From Amoebidium appalachense (lineage: Eukaryota; Protista; Ichthyosporea): a stretch of DNA of 64,000 nucleotides. Where the stretch lies: positions 7,477,093 through 7,541,092 of the forward strand of contig CAVNZM010000004.1 in assembly GCA_963693365.1 (NCBI GenBank). The letters run 5' to 3'. The translations under genes and the position numbers were made by a program. Below the pieces are notes generated by a model. The model worked only from the letters and a program-made list of their open reading frames with translations, made no database searches and had not been told where the DNA came from. Below are positions 1 through 26,340 of the stretch, piece after piece (positions within the stretch are counted from its first letter, which is position 1; each line of letters starts with the position of its first letter).

Positions 1-66
1 CTCCTCTTCATACATCTAGCTAGAAACACACCATTCCGGAAACAATTTCACTCCTTCATAGCAAAC

Positions 67-529
67 ATGTCCTCAGAAGAACCGAACGCACCAGAGCTTC
101 CGTCTCTTACGGTAGAAGCGACGATAGATGAAACTATGGTAGCAGAGCCAGAAGAGACCACGACGGAGGAGGCGTTGACCACCCCACGGCCACCACAGCC
201 AGCACAGGCAGGGAGGACCGGGCAGGGCCAGGGTGCAGCGAATGAGGTCGACCTGGGAGCTGCCTGGTGAGTTTTCTTTTTTTTTTTTCCCTCTTTTTTT
301 TCTTTTCCTTTTTTCTTTTTTTGTTTGGGAGGGGGAGGGGGGGGGGGGGGGGGAGGTTGTGTGTGTGTGTGGCGAGGATGAGGGGAGATGTGTGTGGGGG
401 GAGGGGGGGGGGAGGGGGGAGGGAAGGGGTTGCTGCGAGGGGCGTTGTCGGCCCTTTTTTGCATGTGTTCATGGCATTCATTATTGTGTTGGGTTCTTAA
501 TGAGGTGAGTGTTTTTTAACGTGCCGTTG

Positions 530-574
<45 letters not shown>

Positions 575-913
575 CGCCTCTCCCTCCCTCCACACACACA
601 ACCGCTGCCGCTGCCACACAGGCCCACTGCCGCTTCCAAGCTTTGCTTTGTTGTGGTGCTTCCTTGCCTTGTGTGTCCCCATACATGTTCAGATGTACTA
701 TTCTGTATTCCTCGTTGGTTGCCCTTGAACATTTTGCTGTGTGCCACTGCGTCATGTGTGTTGGGTCCCCCCCCCCCCCCCCCCCCCCCCCCCAAGTGTC
801 TTCTGCCTGCACTCTTAAATTGTTTGATTTTGGATTTCCCACTTTTGTGACGTTTTGTTGTTGCTCTTTGTTGTCTCCTCCATATTTCCAGCCCTCTAAC
901 GTTAACGCATACA

Positions 914-955
<42 letters not shown>

Positions 956-1108
956 CCCATACACACACACACACACACCTACTCACCCACGTGTGGGTGT
1001 GTAGGTGTGCGTGCGTGTGCGTGTGGGTGTGCTTGTTTCGCATGGTTATTTATTGTGTAAACACACTTTTTTCCTCGGTTTTAAACCCTCCAATGCAGAT
1101 TTCCTCGC

Positions 1109-1154
<46 letters not shown>

Positions 1155-1453
1155 ACCACCTCCCCCTCCCTCCCTCCCTCCCTCCTCCCTTTTTCAGCTG
1201 AACAGACACAACCTGAAATAGTGAGAATGGGGGGAAACTTAAAAAAAGAAACAAAACAAGAAACACTTGTTTGTTTGCTTCCAGGACACACAAATACATG
1301 CACCCGCAAACACAGGCCACACCTTGCACACAGGCACACATGGGCACTCAAGCACAATGTGCACCTCCACACACGGATGGCCACAACATGCCTGTGTGCA
1401 TAGCTCTACATAATAAGTAGCCGGTGTAATGACGAACGTCGTATCTACTTACA

Positions 1454-1489
<36 letters not shown>

Positions 1490-1710
1490 TCTCTCTCTCC
1501 CCTCCCCCCCCCTCCGCGTTCACACCCGTTCACACAAACACGTGCGCGCACGCACACGAACACACACACACACACCTATCCATACCCCTCACCCCCCCCC
1601 CCCCCCCCCCCTTTGCTCCATCAAAACAAAAAACTCATTAACCAGCATATACCAATATATATATATATATATATTAATACCAACCAATCCCCCTTCCCCC
1701 CCCCCCCCCC

Positions 1711-1750
<40 letters not shown>

Positions 1751-2346
1751 AGGCAAAAAAAAAAAAAGTCATAACTATTAAAGTAGAATAAAGCAATCAA
1801 CAACAATGAATAACAAACAGAGAACAAACCAGCTAACCAAAAAAAAAACCTTTTTTCAGGGTGTTGATGAGCCTAGGGAGCAAAGACCCCACGCGCGTAC
1901 GCGCGCTCAAGCAGCGAGCCCAGGCCGTCAGGGACAGCCGTGCAAACACAAAGGCAAAAATCCTGGCGGTTCGCGACAAATCCTACTCTGCCCTGGATAG
2001 GGCGAGGGCGAAGATCGGCATGTCTCAGGAGGACGATGAACTTTTGGATGATTTGTATCGGGTGTTTTACAAGGGGGGAAAGGTCAATAAGCCTAGGGGC
2101 AGGTTTGCAGGTGGGTCAACGCGTTCTATCCTTTGCCTCTTTCTTTCCCTAGTTTCCGTTCTTTGCTTTTTCTTTTTTATTTTTGGTGGGTTTCTATTGG
2201 TGGTGTGTGTGGTGTGTACCTTTGTTTGTGCGTGTGAAAATTACACGGAGAATAAGGTCAATAGGCTCAGGGGCAGGTTTGCAGTTAATTGGGTTGCCGT
2301 GCTCTACCCTTTCGTTCGTTTTCATTCGTATTTGATTTTTTTTATT

Positions 2347-2379
<33 letters not shown>

Positions 2380-2519
2380 ATACATATATATATATTTGCG
2401 TACAGGGGGTCTCGCTAAATTAACTAATGGACATAATAAGAAATTAAGCAGGCATGGCTACCCACGTGCAAGTGAGCATGGATTTCGTGCTAGATTTGTA
2501 CCTGTTTCGATGCACATGC

Positions 2520-2586
<67 letters not shown>

Positions 2587-3814
2587 CACACACGTACATA
2601 CGCACACACACACAATCACCAGGCACGCACGCTTGTGTATTCCTACCTACACACCCACGCACATTCCCTCACCGATCCCCTCCACCCCCCTTCCCCCCCC
2701 CCCCATTCCATGTACTCAGAATCCCATCATTTTCGCTTGTGTTTGCCTGCCTGCCCCCCCCCCCCCCTCCCCCCCCCCCCCCCTCTGCTAAGAACAAAAG
2801 AACTTTGACACCTTCAACTGTCAGTGAGCGCAATCCTGAGAATACCCACAGTCCTAATGGGATCTCCTGATCGTGCCTAATCGGATCCCCCCTCCCCCCC
2901 CCCCCCCCCCCCCCCCCCACGCACACACATGCACACGCACACACATTCCCTCCTTTGCAGGGCAACAAAAGCTCGACGACGAAATGCCTAAGCACCGGCT
3001 CAGCCGGCAGAGCAAAAAGGAGAGGCTGCAGCGGCTGGCCGAAAAATGCTATTCCTGGTTGGAATTTAGGTTTTTAGGACACGACGTGACCAACGGGCAC
3101 GAGCGATGGGTCGAATTTTTGGAGGAGTCGATTGAAATGCTTACTGTTATGGGGAAATACAACAAGCCTAGGGGTGTGCACGCGGTTGCACGGAAAAAGG
3201 AGTTGGCCGGAAAAGGGGGAGGGGGGAAGACGGACGGGGAGGGAGAGTCAGGGGAGGAGGAGGGGGGTGGGGATGGGATCCACACAACGACAACTGAAGG
3301 GATGGATACGACGGAGGGGGAGGGGGGTGGAGATGGGGGGGATGTTCATGTTGTGGGTATGGGTGGAAGTGTAGGGGATGGGGTGGGGATGGGGGTGGGA
3401 GGGGATGTGCACGTGGGTGTTGGGGAAGAGGGAGGTGGTATGGTGGTGGGAGGGGTGGAGGTGGGGATGGGGGAGGAGGGGGAGGGGGAGGGGGAGGGCG
3501 GGTTAGGGATGATGGAGGGGGTGAACGGGGAAGGGGAGGGAGGGGAGGTTGGTTTGGTGGATGGAATGAATATGGTGGAGGTACATGGGACGGACGACAT
3601 TGAAAATCACATGACGGGGGGTTTGGTTGCGATGGTAGGGGGGGTTCATGATCATGAACATGAACATGATTCGCTCGAGATAGGAGTGGGGTTGGATATA
3701 CATGATATGATTAATGACGTGGATATGGGGAGCGAGAGTCTAGGGGACGTTTTGGGGATGGAGGGGGGTCACGGGCCGTCTAGGTGGCAGCCAAGAAAGA
3801 AAATGTCGAATTGA
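67..3814 (+). CDS. Uncharacterised 3-exon protein with basic helical core and Gly/Glu/Met/His low-complexity tail
   Basis: Exons 67-266, 1860-2110, 2961-3814 join in phase via GT-AG introns (TG|G=W; G|GG=G). Branch-like GCTAAC at 1832. Starts at ATG 67, ends at TGA 3812-3814. No family motif recognised. Confidence 0.8.
793..916 (+). mobile_element. 3' fragment of the poly-C-anchored repeat family
   Basis: caagtgtcttctgcctgca…ttttgtgacgttttgttgttgctctttgttgtctcctccatatttccagccctctaac…gcatacat(C)n is the reverse complement of 59101-59215. Confidence 0.75.
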
Positions 3815-4850
3815 AATTTTTAGAGTGGTCGTGCTTCTTTAGTATCGCAATAATGAAAGTTAGGGGTTATTTGGGGGGGTTTGTTTTACCATGATGGCTT
3901 CTGTTATGAGTGCTTTCACCCCTTTCTCATAATTTCATATGGTGATATAAATAGACAGTTCGGGGAGCGTCTAATTTCAGGTGAGATTAGCATACAGTAT
4001 AGCTTGATTGTGGGATTGGGTACGGTTTTTGCTGTTTGACTTTGATTGGCTGAATGAGATTTAAAGTGCCGCAAAGTCATTCGTAATGGCTTTTTACTAG
4101 GTATGACAGAGTGAGTCGGGCAAATGTACATAGAGAATGACAAGAGAAAGTGTTCGGCTAATCGAATGTAGGGCCGGGGTTTTTTTTTGTAACTGCGGGC
4201 ACCTCGGTGCGTGCAATGCATTTTATAATACAAACCTTCAATGTTTTTCTTGCGAGCGTGGGTGCATGCGCATGCACGCAAATTTTTCTGCAGTGTGTGT
4301 ACGTGTGTGCGCGTGCGCGTGCGCGCGACCATCCGTCGGTCCCTCCGTGTACATTTGTGTCTGTGTGTGCCCGCTCATCCATGCACGAGTGTGTGGGTGT
4401 ACATGTGTGCCTTGTGTGCGTGTGTACATGTGTGTGAACCAGTGTGTGTGTACATGAAACTCAAGGGGGATCCCTGGCGATCGAGGGGGGGTGGGGGGGG
4501 GGGGGGGGGGGGGGGGGAGGGGGTCTATGTACATAATCAGAATCAATCAATGAGATACATGTCTATATTATGAGCTACTACATATGTATCGTAAGCAATT
4601 ACCGTCCCTTAGGTGGGGTCCCATTCATTCTGAGGGACCGAGTTTCAACCCATTTGCCGAGCTCGTCAACGAAACGTTCCAACTCGGGCTCGGACCTAGG
4701 GATTATTTCTGTGAGTAGACGTGCGGGTCATAGTGGGAAGAGCCGGGAGTAAAATAAATTTACAGCATGCAGTAAGCAAGCCAACAGCAAAAAAAACATA
4801 GATACAGTAGGAACTCAGTAGTTGGGGCTTCTTTGGAAGGAGGGAGGGAG

Positions 4851-4890
<40 letters not shown>

Positions 4891-5754
4891 TATTTGCGAT
4901 TGTGGGTGCTTGAATTTTCAACTTAAAATACCGGGAGCCAGTCCCGGGTTCACGAAGGAATAATTAACGGCAACCAACGTCATCATATAACCCCAGCATA
5001 GCCTGATAACCTAATCGGCAGTTCCTGTTCACACTCGCCTAACTGAAGTGTTTTGGAAACGTGATCAACCTCATATATCTTGAAAAATCATTACATATTT
5101 TTATAAAACAATAAAAAAAAAGTAGGAATATGGTGTTTGAACGTGACGAGTTTTCGATCCAAGCAACAGTTACCAACGCAACGGCTCAGTCTATCAGAAC
5201 CGAAATGTTGGAAGACAAAAACGGAATTGCTTCATGCATTCCCATAGGCAGCAAAGCTGGAAATGGAACTATTGAACACGAATTACTTACAGGAAAAACC
5301 TTTCAAGAGAAAGTGAGGGACGGACCCCACATAGTGCTTGGGCAAAAAATCGCGAAAATTCGAAGGGCGAAAAGCGGTTAAATACGGAAAGAAACCTACA
5401 ACTATCATAAACACAACAGTTAGGACAGCACATGCGTACATGGCTTTGCTTTCCGTATAAAATTAAGCATGTTATGATATGCATAAAGAGCAAAAACAAA
5501 CCTCGAGAAGCATATAGCTACGAATTACTGGCAGAGTGGCATCATGACAACCGTCGAATAAAAATGCCAAACCAAGGGGAAAAAAGAAAAAGGAAAAAAA
5601 AAAAAAAAGGGGGGGGGGGGGGTTGGTAAAGATTCAACACGAAACCAAGCAAAACAAAACAAAAAAGTTTTTTAACCAAAGAAAGGGGAAGAACCAACGA
5701 GAGAAAGAAAAAACATGAATTGGAATAGGGAATCCGGAACCCAAAACCCCATTT

Positions 5755-5891
5755 TTAGTCGATCAGCAGGTGCATGCCGTGTTTTGGGATGGTGGGCACC
5801 ACAAACTCGTGCATCTCCCCGACATTGGGTGCCGCGGGGGTGAACTTAAACCGCTGGCACAGCAGTGAAAGAACAATGCGCGCCTGTGTGT

Positions 5892-5961
<70 letters not shown>

Positions 5962-6073
5962 AGGAAGGAGGGCTGTATTAGTGATCACGGAAAAGACAGG
6001 AGATAGAAGCGATGAAAAGGTGGGTGATTATGCAAGTGAGTGTATGTGGAACACGTGAAACACATACACACAA

Positions 6074-6110
<37 letters not shown>

Positions 6111-6520
6111 CGTTTACCACCCTTCTCCCCCCCCCCCCCCCCCCCCCCCAAACACACCCACACCCAGTGGGGCACCCAAACACACACACACACAAACATC
6201 CACCCACCCACCCACCCACCCACCCACACAGACACCCACACACACACACACACACACCTCGAGCAGGGCCAGGTTTTGGCCGAGGCAGTTCCTTGGGCCG
6301 TTGATGAAGGGCAGGAATGCATACGGGTCGTACTTCTCGTCGAACCGGTCCGGGTTGAAACGGGTCGGTTCGGGCCAAAGATCCGGGTTGTTGTGCACCG
6401 CCTTGATGTTGATAAACACCTATGGTGGGGAGTAAGTGACGTCAGAAAAACCCTGCAGATATGACATAGAGGTGGGTGTTTTGCTCGTTCACCAACCCAC
6501 CCGTACCTGCAAGCATAGAA

Positions 6521-6566
<46 letters not shown>

Positions 6567-6792
6567 GTGCGCACACCCAAAAACGCCCCGACCAAGTACA
6601 CAGTGTTCACCCCAATCCTCATCCCTCCTCCATTTTCTCTTCCGTTCCACCCCCCCCCCCCCCCCCCCAAACAACACACACACACGCCACCCATCCCCAC
6701 CCACACACGTGTCAATAGACATATGTACACCTCATTGATCTCACCCAGAGCGCTTCTTCCTCCTTCTCCCCCCCCCCACCCCCCCTCCCCCA

Positions 6793-6837
<45 letters not shown>

Positions 6838-7890
6838 ATCCTTACCCCCCCCTCCCCCCCAACCACCACCACAAAGGCACCTCCTCCTTCCACCTATCAA
6901 CACACACACACTCGTGCGCACACATCTACACACCTACACGCACACGTACGTACACCTACACACACCCACACGCACAAATACACACACTCAGCCACATCTA
7001 CACACAAACACACGTACAAACGTACACACGTGCCCATACGCCCCACATCTACACACCTACACGTACCCGTACGTATACCCACACCCACACCCACACACAC
7101 ACCCACACCCACACACACACCCACACACACACACACACACGCATACTTACACACGTACCTTTGTGCCTGCAGGCACGTGCACACCGTCAATCTCATCATC
7201 CTCTGCGGCATATCTGCTGACCACAGGCACCAAGGTGTACTTACGCAGTGCCTCCTTGAGCACATTCACCGTCAGGTTGAGCTCACGAAGCTTGTCCGCA
7301 CCTAATATGGTTAATCGGATTAGTATCTGACCAATGGGATTAATGGGATTGATGGGATTCATAGGATATAAAGGGTTCGTGTACATGTATGTACTTACAC
7401 GCACACACAGATTCGGATGCTTCCGCGCACACACGCGCGCGCGCGCACACACACACACACATAGGGACACAAACACACACAGCATACCTGGCAGAGGCAC
7501 ACGTGAGAACTCATCACCCTCCTCGGTGGCCTCTCCTGGCACTCGTGCGGCACCAAATACAGAGCTGCCCTCCTTGACCACCTGTGTGTGTGTGTGTGTA
7601 TGTGTGTGTGAAGAGGGATAAGAACGCGAGGAAACTATATTTATCCCATACGGGGAATGAGGAACGGGTGCCCGCCTGGATGATATCCACGAAAACGGCC
7701 GAAGGCCGTGTGAACGTGCAAGTGAGTGAGATTGTGTGCGCATTGATAAATAGCTACATTCTAACGTGTTGAACTTGTACGTGTTGCAAAACAAAAATAG
7801 CTCATTAAAAATGAACGTACACGATGAAGTGATCCAAAGACAGGGTGGAGAGGAGGGAGGGAGGGAGGGAGGGGGAGGCGGGCGGGCGGG

Positions 7891-7924
<34 letters not shown>

Positions 7925-7946
7925 AGAATGGGGAGGAAGGAGGGGG

Positions 7947-7984
<38 letters not shown>

Positions 7985-8167
7985 AAGTAAACACCCACAC
8001 ACCCACAGAGAGAGAAAGTGAGAGTATGAGAGAGATGGGGGGGGGGGGGGGGGGGAAGAGAGAGAGAAAAGGAGAGGGAGAGAGAGAGAGAAGGCGTACC
8101 CAAACACACACGCATACACACATACACGCACACACACACACACCAACACACACGCACACACCAACAC

Positions 8168-8216
<49 letters not shown>

Positions 8217-8574
8217 TCGACAGTTCCCATACATACCCTCTCCATGATGTCCGGGTTCTGTGTGAGTTCGTACAGTGCCCATGTGAGCATGCTTGCGCTA
8301 GTCTCGTGCCCGGCAAGAATAAACGACTTGAACTCGTCTTTGAGCTGCTGCACAGTGGCTGGGCCCCATGTGGATGGGTCGATCACGGCAAGTGTCTGGT
8401 CAAGAATGTCTGTCGTGCCCTGGAAAATATGGTTAAAACGGTTAGTGTTTTGCGGTTTAAAGTTAAAGGATTTAAAGGTTGAAAATAAAATACAATAAAA
8501 ATAAGAGGGAAGAGGGTTATGTTATGGCGAGCTCAGTATGAGGTGGGGAAATGTCTACCCATGCCATGGAAAAG

Positions 8575-8610
<36 letters not shown>

Positions 8611-8638
8611 GAGAGAGAGAGGGAGAGGGGGAGAGGGG

Positions 8639-8677
<39 letters not shown>

Positions 8678-8749
8678 CGACAGACAGAAAGAGAACCAAC
8701 ACCAAAAAAGCAACGAATAAGGAAGAGGTGGAACAGGCATTCTAAACCA

Positions 8750-8781
<32 letters not shown>

Positions 8782-9245
8782 TTCCCTTGGTCCCTACAAC
8801 CCAGCTCACGGGGTTCCAACCACTTTCTCAGCCTCTCTTGCCTCGTCCAAAAACCTTAAAAAAAGACAGACGAAGCATGCCTTTCAACCCAAAATCCAAA
8901 CACAATACACCGTTCAACCCCCCTCCCCCCCCCCTTAAACCCCATCTACTGCAACTCCAACCCCTTTGCTCTCCTCTCTTGCCTCGTCTTCCACCTTCTT
9001 ACGATTATAGACAGAAAGAGAAAACACACATCACACACCCCAACCCCTCTAGCCCTAGCCCCCCCCCCCCCCCCCCCCCCCCCCCCCCTTCCCCTCCCCT
9101 ATACTCCGTGTGGGTTCAACCCCTATTGCCCACCTCTCTTGCATTGTCCGAGACAAAAACACACACACACAAACCAGATTTCAGCCCCCCCCCCCCCCCT
9201 CAAAAAAAAAAACAAAAAAAAAAACCCTCAACCCCTCAACCCACC

Positions 9246-9277
<32 letters not shown>

Positions 9278-9538
9278 TTCCCCCCAAACACACCTCATGA
9301 GGCTCCAGGCCCTTTACAATCCTCTCCTGCCTCGTCTTCCACCTTCCTTCTATCTGGTCCACCATGAACTTGTTCAGTTCCTTCACTGTGCGCCTGTAGT
9401 GGAACTGTGTCGGTGTGGGCATGAACTTGCGCCATGGGTGCCACACACGGAGGTTTGCCTCCGTCACGATGGGGAGGTAGAGGTCGGGGAACACCTGGTT
9501 GGACACGTCTGTTTTGTGTGTGTGTGTGTGTGTGTGTG

Positions 9539-9577
<39 letters not shown>

Positions 9578-9615
9578 AGGGGGGAGGGTGGGGGGGGGGG
9601 GAGGGGGCGAGGGGA

Positions 9616-9680
<65 letters not shown>

Positions 9681-10032
9681 TGAGTGTGCATGGGTGGGGG
9701 GGGGGGGGTGGATGGAGTGGGGGAGAGGGGGAGGAAGGGGGGACAACGGGGTTAGAAATGGAACACGGTACGAAGTACAACTACACGATGAGAAATACGG
9801 TGCAGGACACGGGCCAAAGCAAATATTCAAGAATGCAACATAAGCAATGCGCGCAGTATGCAACATAGACAGAGCACACCGTCAGGGGGGAGCCAAGGGG
9901 GGTTGGTGTGTGTGTGTGGGTGGGTGTGGGTGGGGGGAGGGGGGGCTGGGAAGGGGGGGGGGGGGGGGGGGGGGGGGGATGAATGGTGGAGGAGGTGGTG
10001 GGTGGGGGGGGGGGGGGGGGGGGAGGGAGGTT

Positions 10033-10074
<42 letters not shown>

Positions 10075-10224
10075 CGCATGCGCAAGGTGCATGGAGCGGG
10101 GTTTGAAGGGGGTGAGTGGGGATGTGGGGCATGGGGAAGTAGGCAGGAATGTGTGAGCTTGTGTGTGTCTGTGTGCATGCGCAGGAGAGAGGTGGAGTGC
10201 AGAGGCAAGGCAGGGTGTAGATGG

Positions 10225-10260
<36 letters not shown>

Positions 10261-10890
10261 CTGTTGTTGCAAAAAAAGCGAATATAAATGCAGTATGCCA
10301 GTCCCAAGCGTAGCACCAAGAGCAAAGACAGAACAAACGAACAAAAGGTCTATGTTCTCAGTTTCTTTCCTATGTTCTCAGTTTTTCTTTGCAGTGACAT
10401 GCAGCCAGAAAAGAGAAAATATACAGCGGGTGATTAGGGAGCAAACAGAAAAGAAAAAATATACAGCAGGTGATTAGGGAGCAAAAATACTGTGTGTGTG
10501 TGTGTGCGGTGGGGTGGGGGGAGGACGGAAATTCTCGAAGAAAAAAAGATGAAAAACCAACGAAAACGCAAGACACAGAGCAGAAACAACAGCATTCGTG
10601 CAGGCAGAGAACACCTGAACAGGACCAACAATCAGGGGGATGGGCAAGGCCGGGGGTGACCGGGGGGGGGGGGGGGGGGGGGGGGATTTTTTGTTGGGGG
10701 GGGGGAGGGGCTAGAAGATCGTGGCACACACAGAAGCTAAAGACTAAACAAAAAACAAACAAAAAAACAAAAAACAAAACAACCAGGAAAAACAACAACA
10801 GTGCAGGCAGAAAACAGCAAGGTCAAAGCGCGAAGGCACTGTGTGTTCAAATTGGCGAGGTTGAGAGGAGCAGGAGGTGGTGGTGGTGGC

Positions 10891-10937
<47 letters not shown>

Positions 10938-10990
10938 GTGGTGGACGGAACCGAACGGCTGGGGCATGGCTTGGAGAGCGGTGTGGCCGG

Positions 10991-11028
<38 letters not shown>

Positions 11029-11047
11029 TGGTGATAGGGCAGGGGGG

Positions 11048-11095
<48 letters not shown>

Positions 11096-12283
11096 GCGAG
11101 GGGGGGAAGGGGGAGGGGGGGACGTGCTATAAAGCGCGAAGTCCACGTTTATGGCGGATAACACAAGGCAGAGCGCAAATTACACATAAAAGAGTGTGCA
11201 TAATAGAGGGGGGGTGGAAGAGGTAGAGCTGTAGGAAGAAAAGGCATATAGGCAGAGGCCTCGGAGGGCGGGGGGGAGGGGGAGGGAGGGAGGGAGTGGG
11301 GAAGGGGAGGGGGAGGGCGGAAGGAGGGGGAGAGAAGGGGACTTGCGACAACAGCTGAGTAGGGACAAGACGAAACAATAACAAAGCGAGGGGTGGGGTG
11401 CGGGGGGTGTGAGGGGGCTGATGGGGGGAGCAGGCAGACACCCTCAAAAAATGCGACAACCACATGACACAGGCACACACATACACCCTTATATGCATGC
11501 AAAACGCATGCACGCACGCATGGACGCACCCACACACACGCACGCACACACCCACGCACAAACACAAAAGACACGTGCAGTGAGAGAAAGAGGGAGGCAG
11601 AGTTAGAGAGGGACACGCACACACGTACCTGCAGGGAGGGACAGGATCAGCTCGCCAATCACCTCAAGGGTCAACAGTCGGAACTCCTCCGCAATCTCAA
11701 TGGGTTTTCCTGTGCCCCTGTGTGCTTCCAACTTCCTGCTCAACCTATCCACTGCCTTCTTGGCAACTTGCATAGTATCTTCCAGGATGTTCACACGGAA
11801 TGCGTGCGAGAGCAGAGTCCTCTGCTTGCGCCAATACTCCCCCTCGGAGGTGATGATTCCCTTGCCCAAGATGTCAAGGAAGGTCTTATAGGAGAGGTCT
11901 AGATCCTTGGGGTAATTGCTACAGCGCTTATTGAGTACCCAGTTTAGGTGCTTGGGAAGGGCTATGCACAAAACGCGTGAATTGAGGATCTGACATCTGA
12001 CAATTTCGTATTTGTTCTGAACCAACCACTGCTCCATGAGGTCCCAAGGAGGGGTTTTGAGCAGCTCCAGGGCATTCCCGAAAATGGGCAGGCATCCCGG
12101 AGCCGTGGGGAACTTGCGCAACGCAAAGTCGTATTTAAAGGCGGTAAACTGTGCCTGAACAAGAACGGCCGTAAGAATGAGAACGACTGCCGTGGCTGCA
12201 AAGGCAAATGGTTCCTCTGTTGGGTGAGGAATGTCATGTGGGATGTACGACCAGGCGGTCGATGCATAGGTTGCGTTTGCCAT
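5755..12283 (-). CDS. Cytochrome P450, membrane-anchored (7 exons)
   Basis: Exons 12283-11629, 9508-9294, 8419-8237, 7581-7488, 7301-7159, 6419-6258, 5883-5755, all GT-AG and phase-consistent. Motifs: N-terminal TM plus Pro hinge ([12 protein letters not shown]), WxxxR (WRKQR), I-helix AGHET, K-helix EALR, PDRF, heme motif [10 protein letters not shown]. Confidence 0.96.
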
Positions 12284-13149
12284 CTTAGGCGGATTCGTGC
12301 CTAAAAAGGAGTGACGTGTACTCCTTTTCCTATTTAGTTATAAGGGTTGATGAATAAGCATGGGGAAGGGTCAAAAAGCAAAGAAATGTGCGTGACTTTT
12401 CCCCCTTGCAAGCTCTCTTTCTCTCTCCCTCTCTCTCTAGGTTATTGCATGCGTGTGTCGTGTTTATGCTTTTCGAAACAAAGAGGTTGCATGTTCGATT
12501 GGGTAAAATGTGCGGACTCACGAGGACGACCAATGAAACACGTTCTTCGATGAAATTCCGGAAGTTGGGCGGTACCAGTAATGCATGATTTGTTAGGCTT
12601 CGTTTCAGTACATAACTATTGTAAAAGGCAATTATCGAACCATTTCATCATATTAGCTTCAACCAAAACAGCTCCAACCGCCGACAACTGACTGGCGCTG
12701 GCACATGACCTTACCGAGATAGCCAATCGGGTGATATCGCACGATAAGTGCAGCAAATACACAGAACCATAAGTATTCGAAAAAACTCTAAATGGTATTG
12801 GGCCAGTACAACACGCCCAAAATACAACATTGTGGTTTTGGTGCTGTTTTTAAATTCAAAATGTAAGTTTAAAACAGCTATATTACATAGATATGCCATT
12901 GTTTTGAAGGAAATACCCTGCACCTTATTTCGTAATATTTGCCGTCCTCATGCTGTGCGTCCTTATTGGTCAATCCTAGATCTCCCGCGCGTTTTTTTTG
13001 TGACACGTCACACATGCGCGCACCCGCTCTTGACAGCCGCTCGGACTGCTCGACAGAAAAAACAAAAAACAAAAAACAAAAACTAAAAAAAATCAAAAAA
13101 AAATCAAAGGGTGTGCGTTATATATGCTCTAGTGAGTGTAGGAGTGAAC

Positions 13150-26340
<13,191 letters not shown>

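Noticed and set aside
5130-5381. 83-aa ORF between gene 1 and the CYP
   Set aside because: Short with no motif; lies in the probable CYP 3' UTR on the opposite strand.
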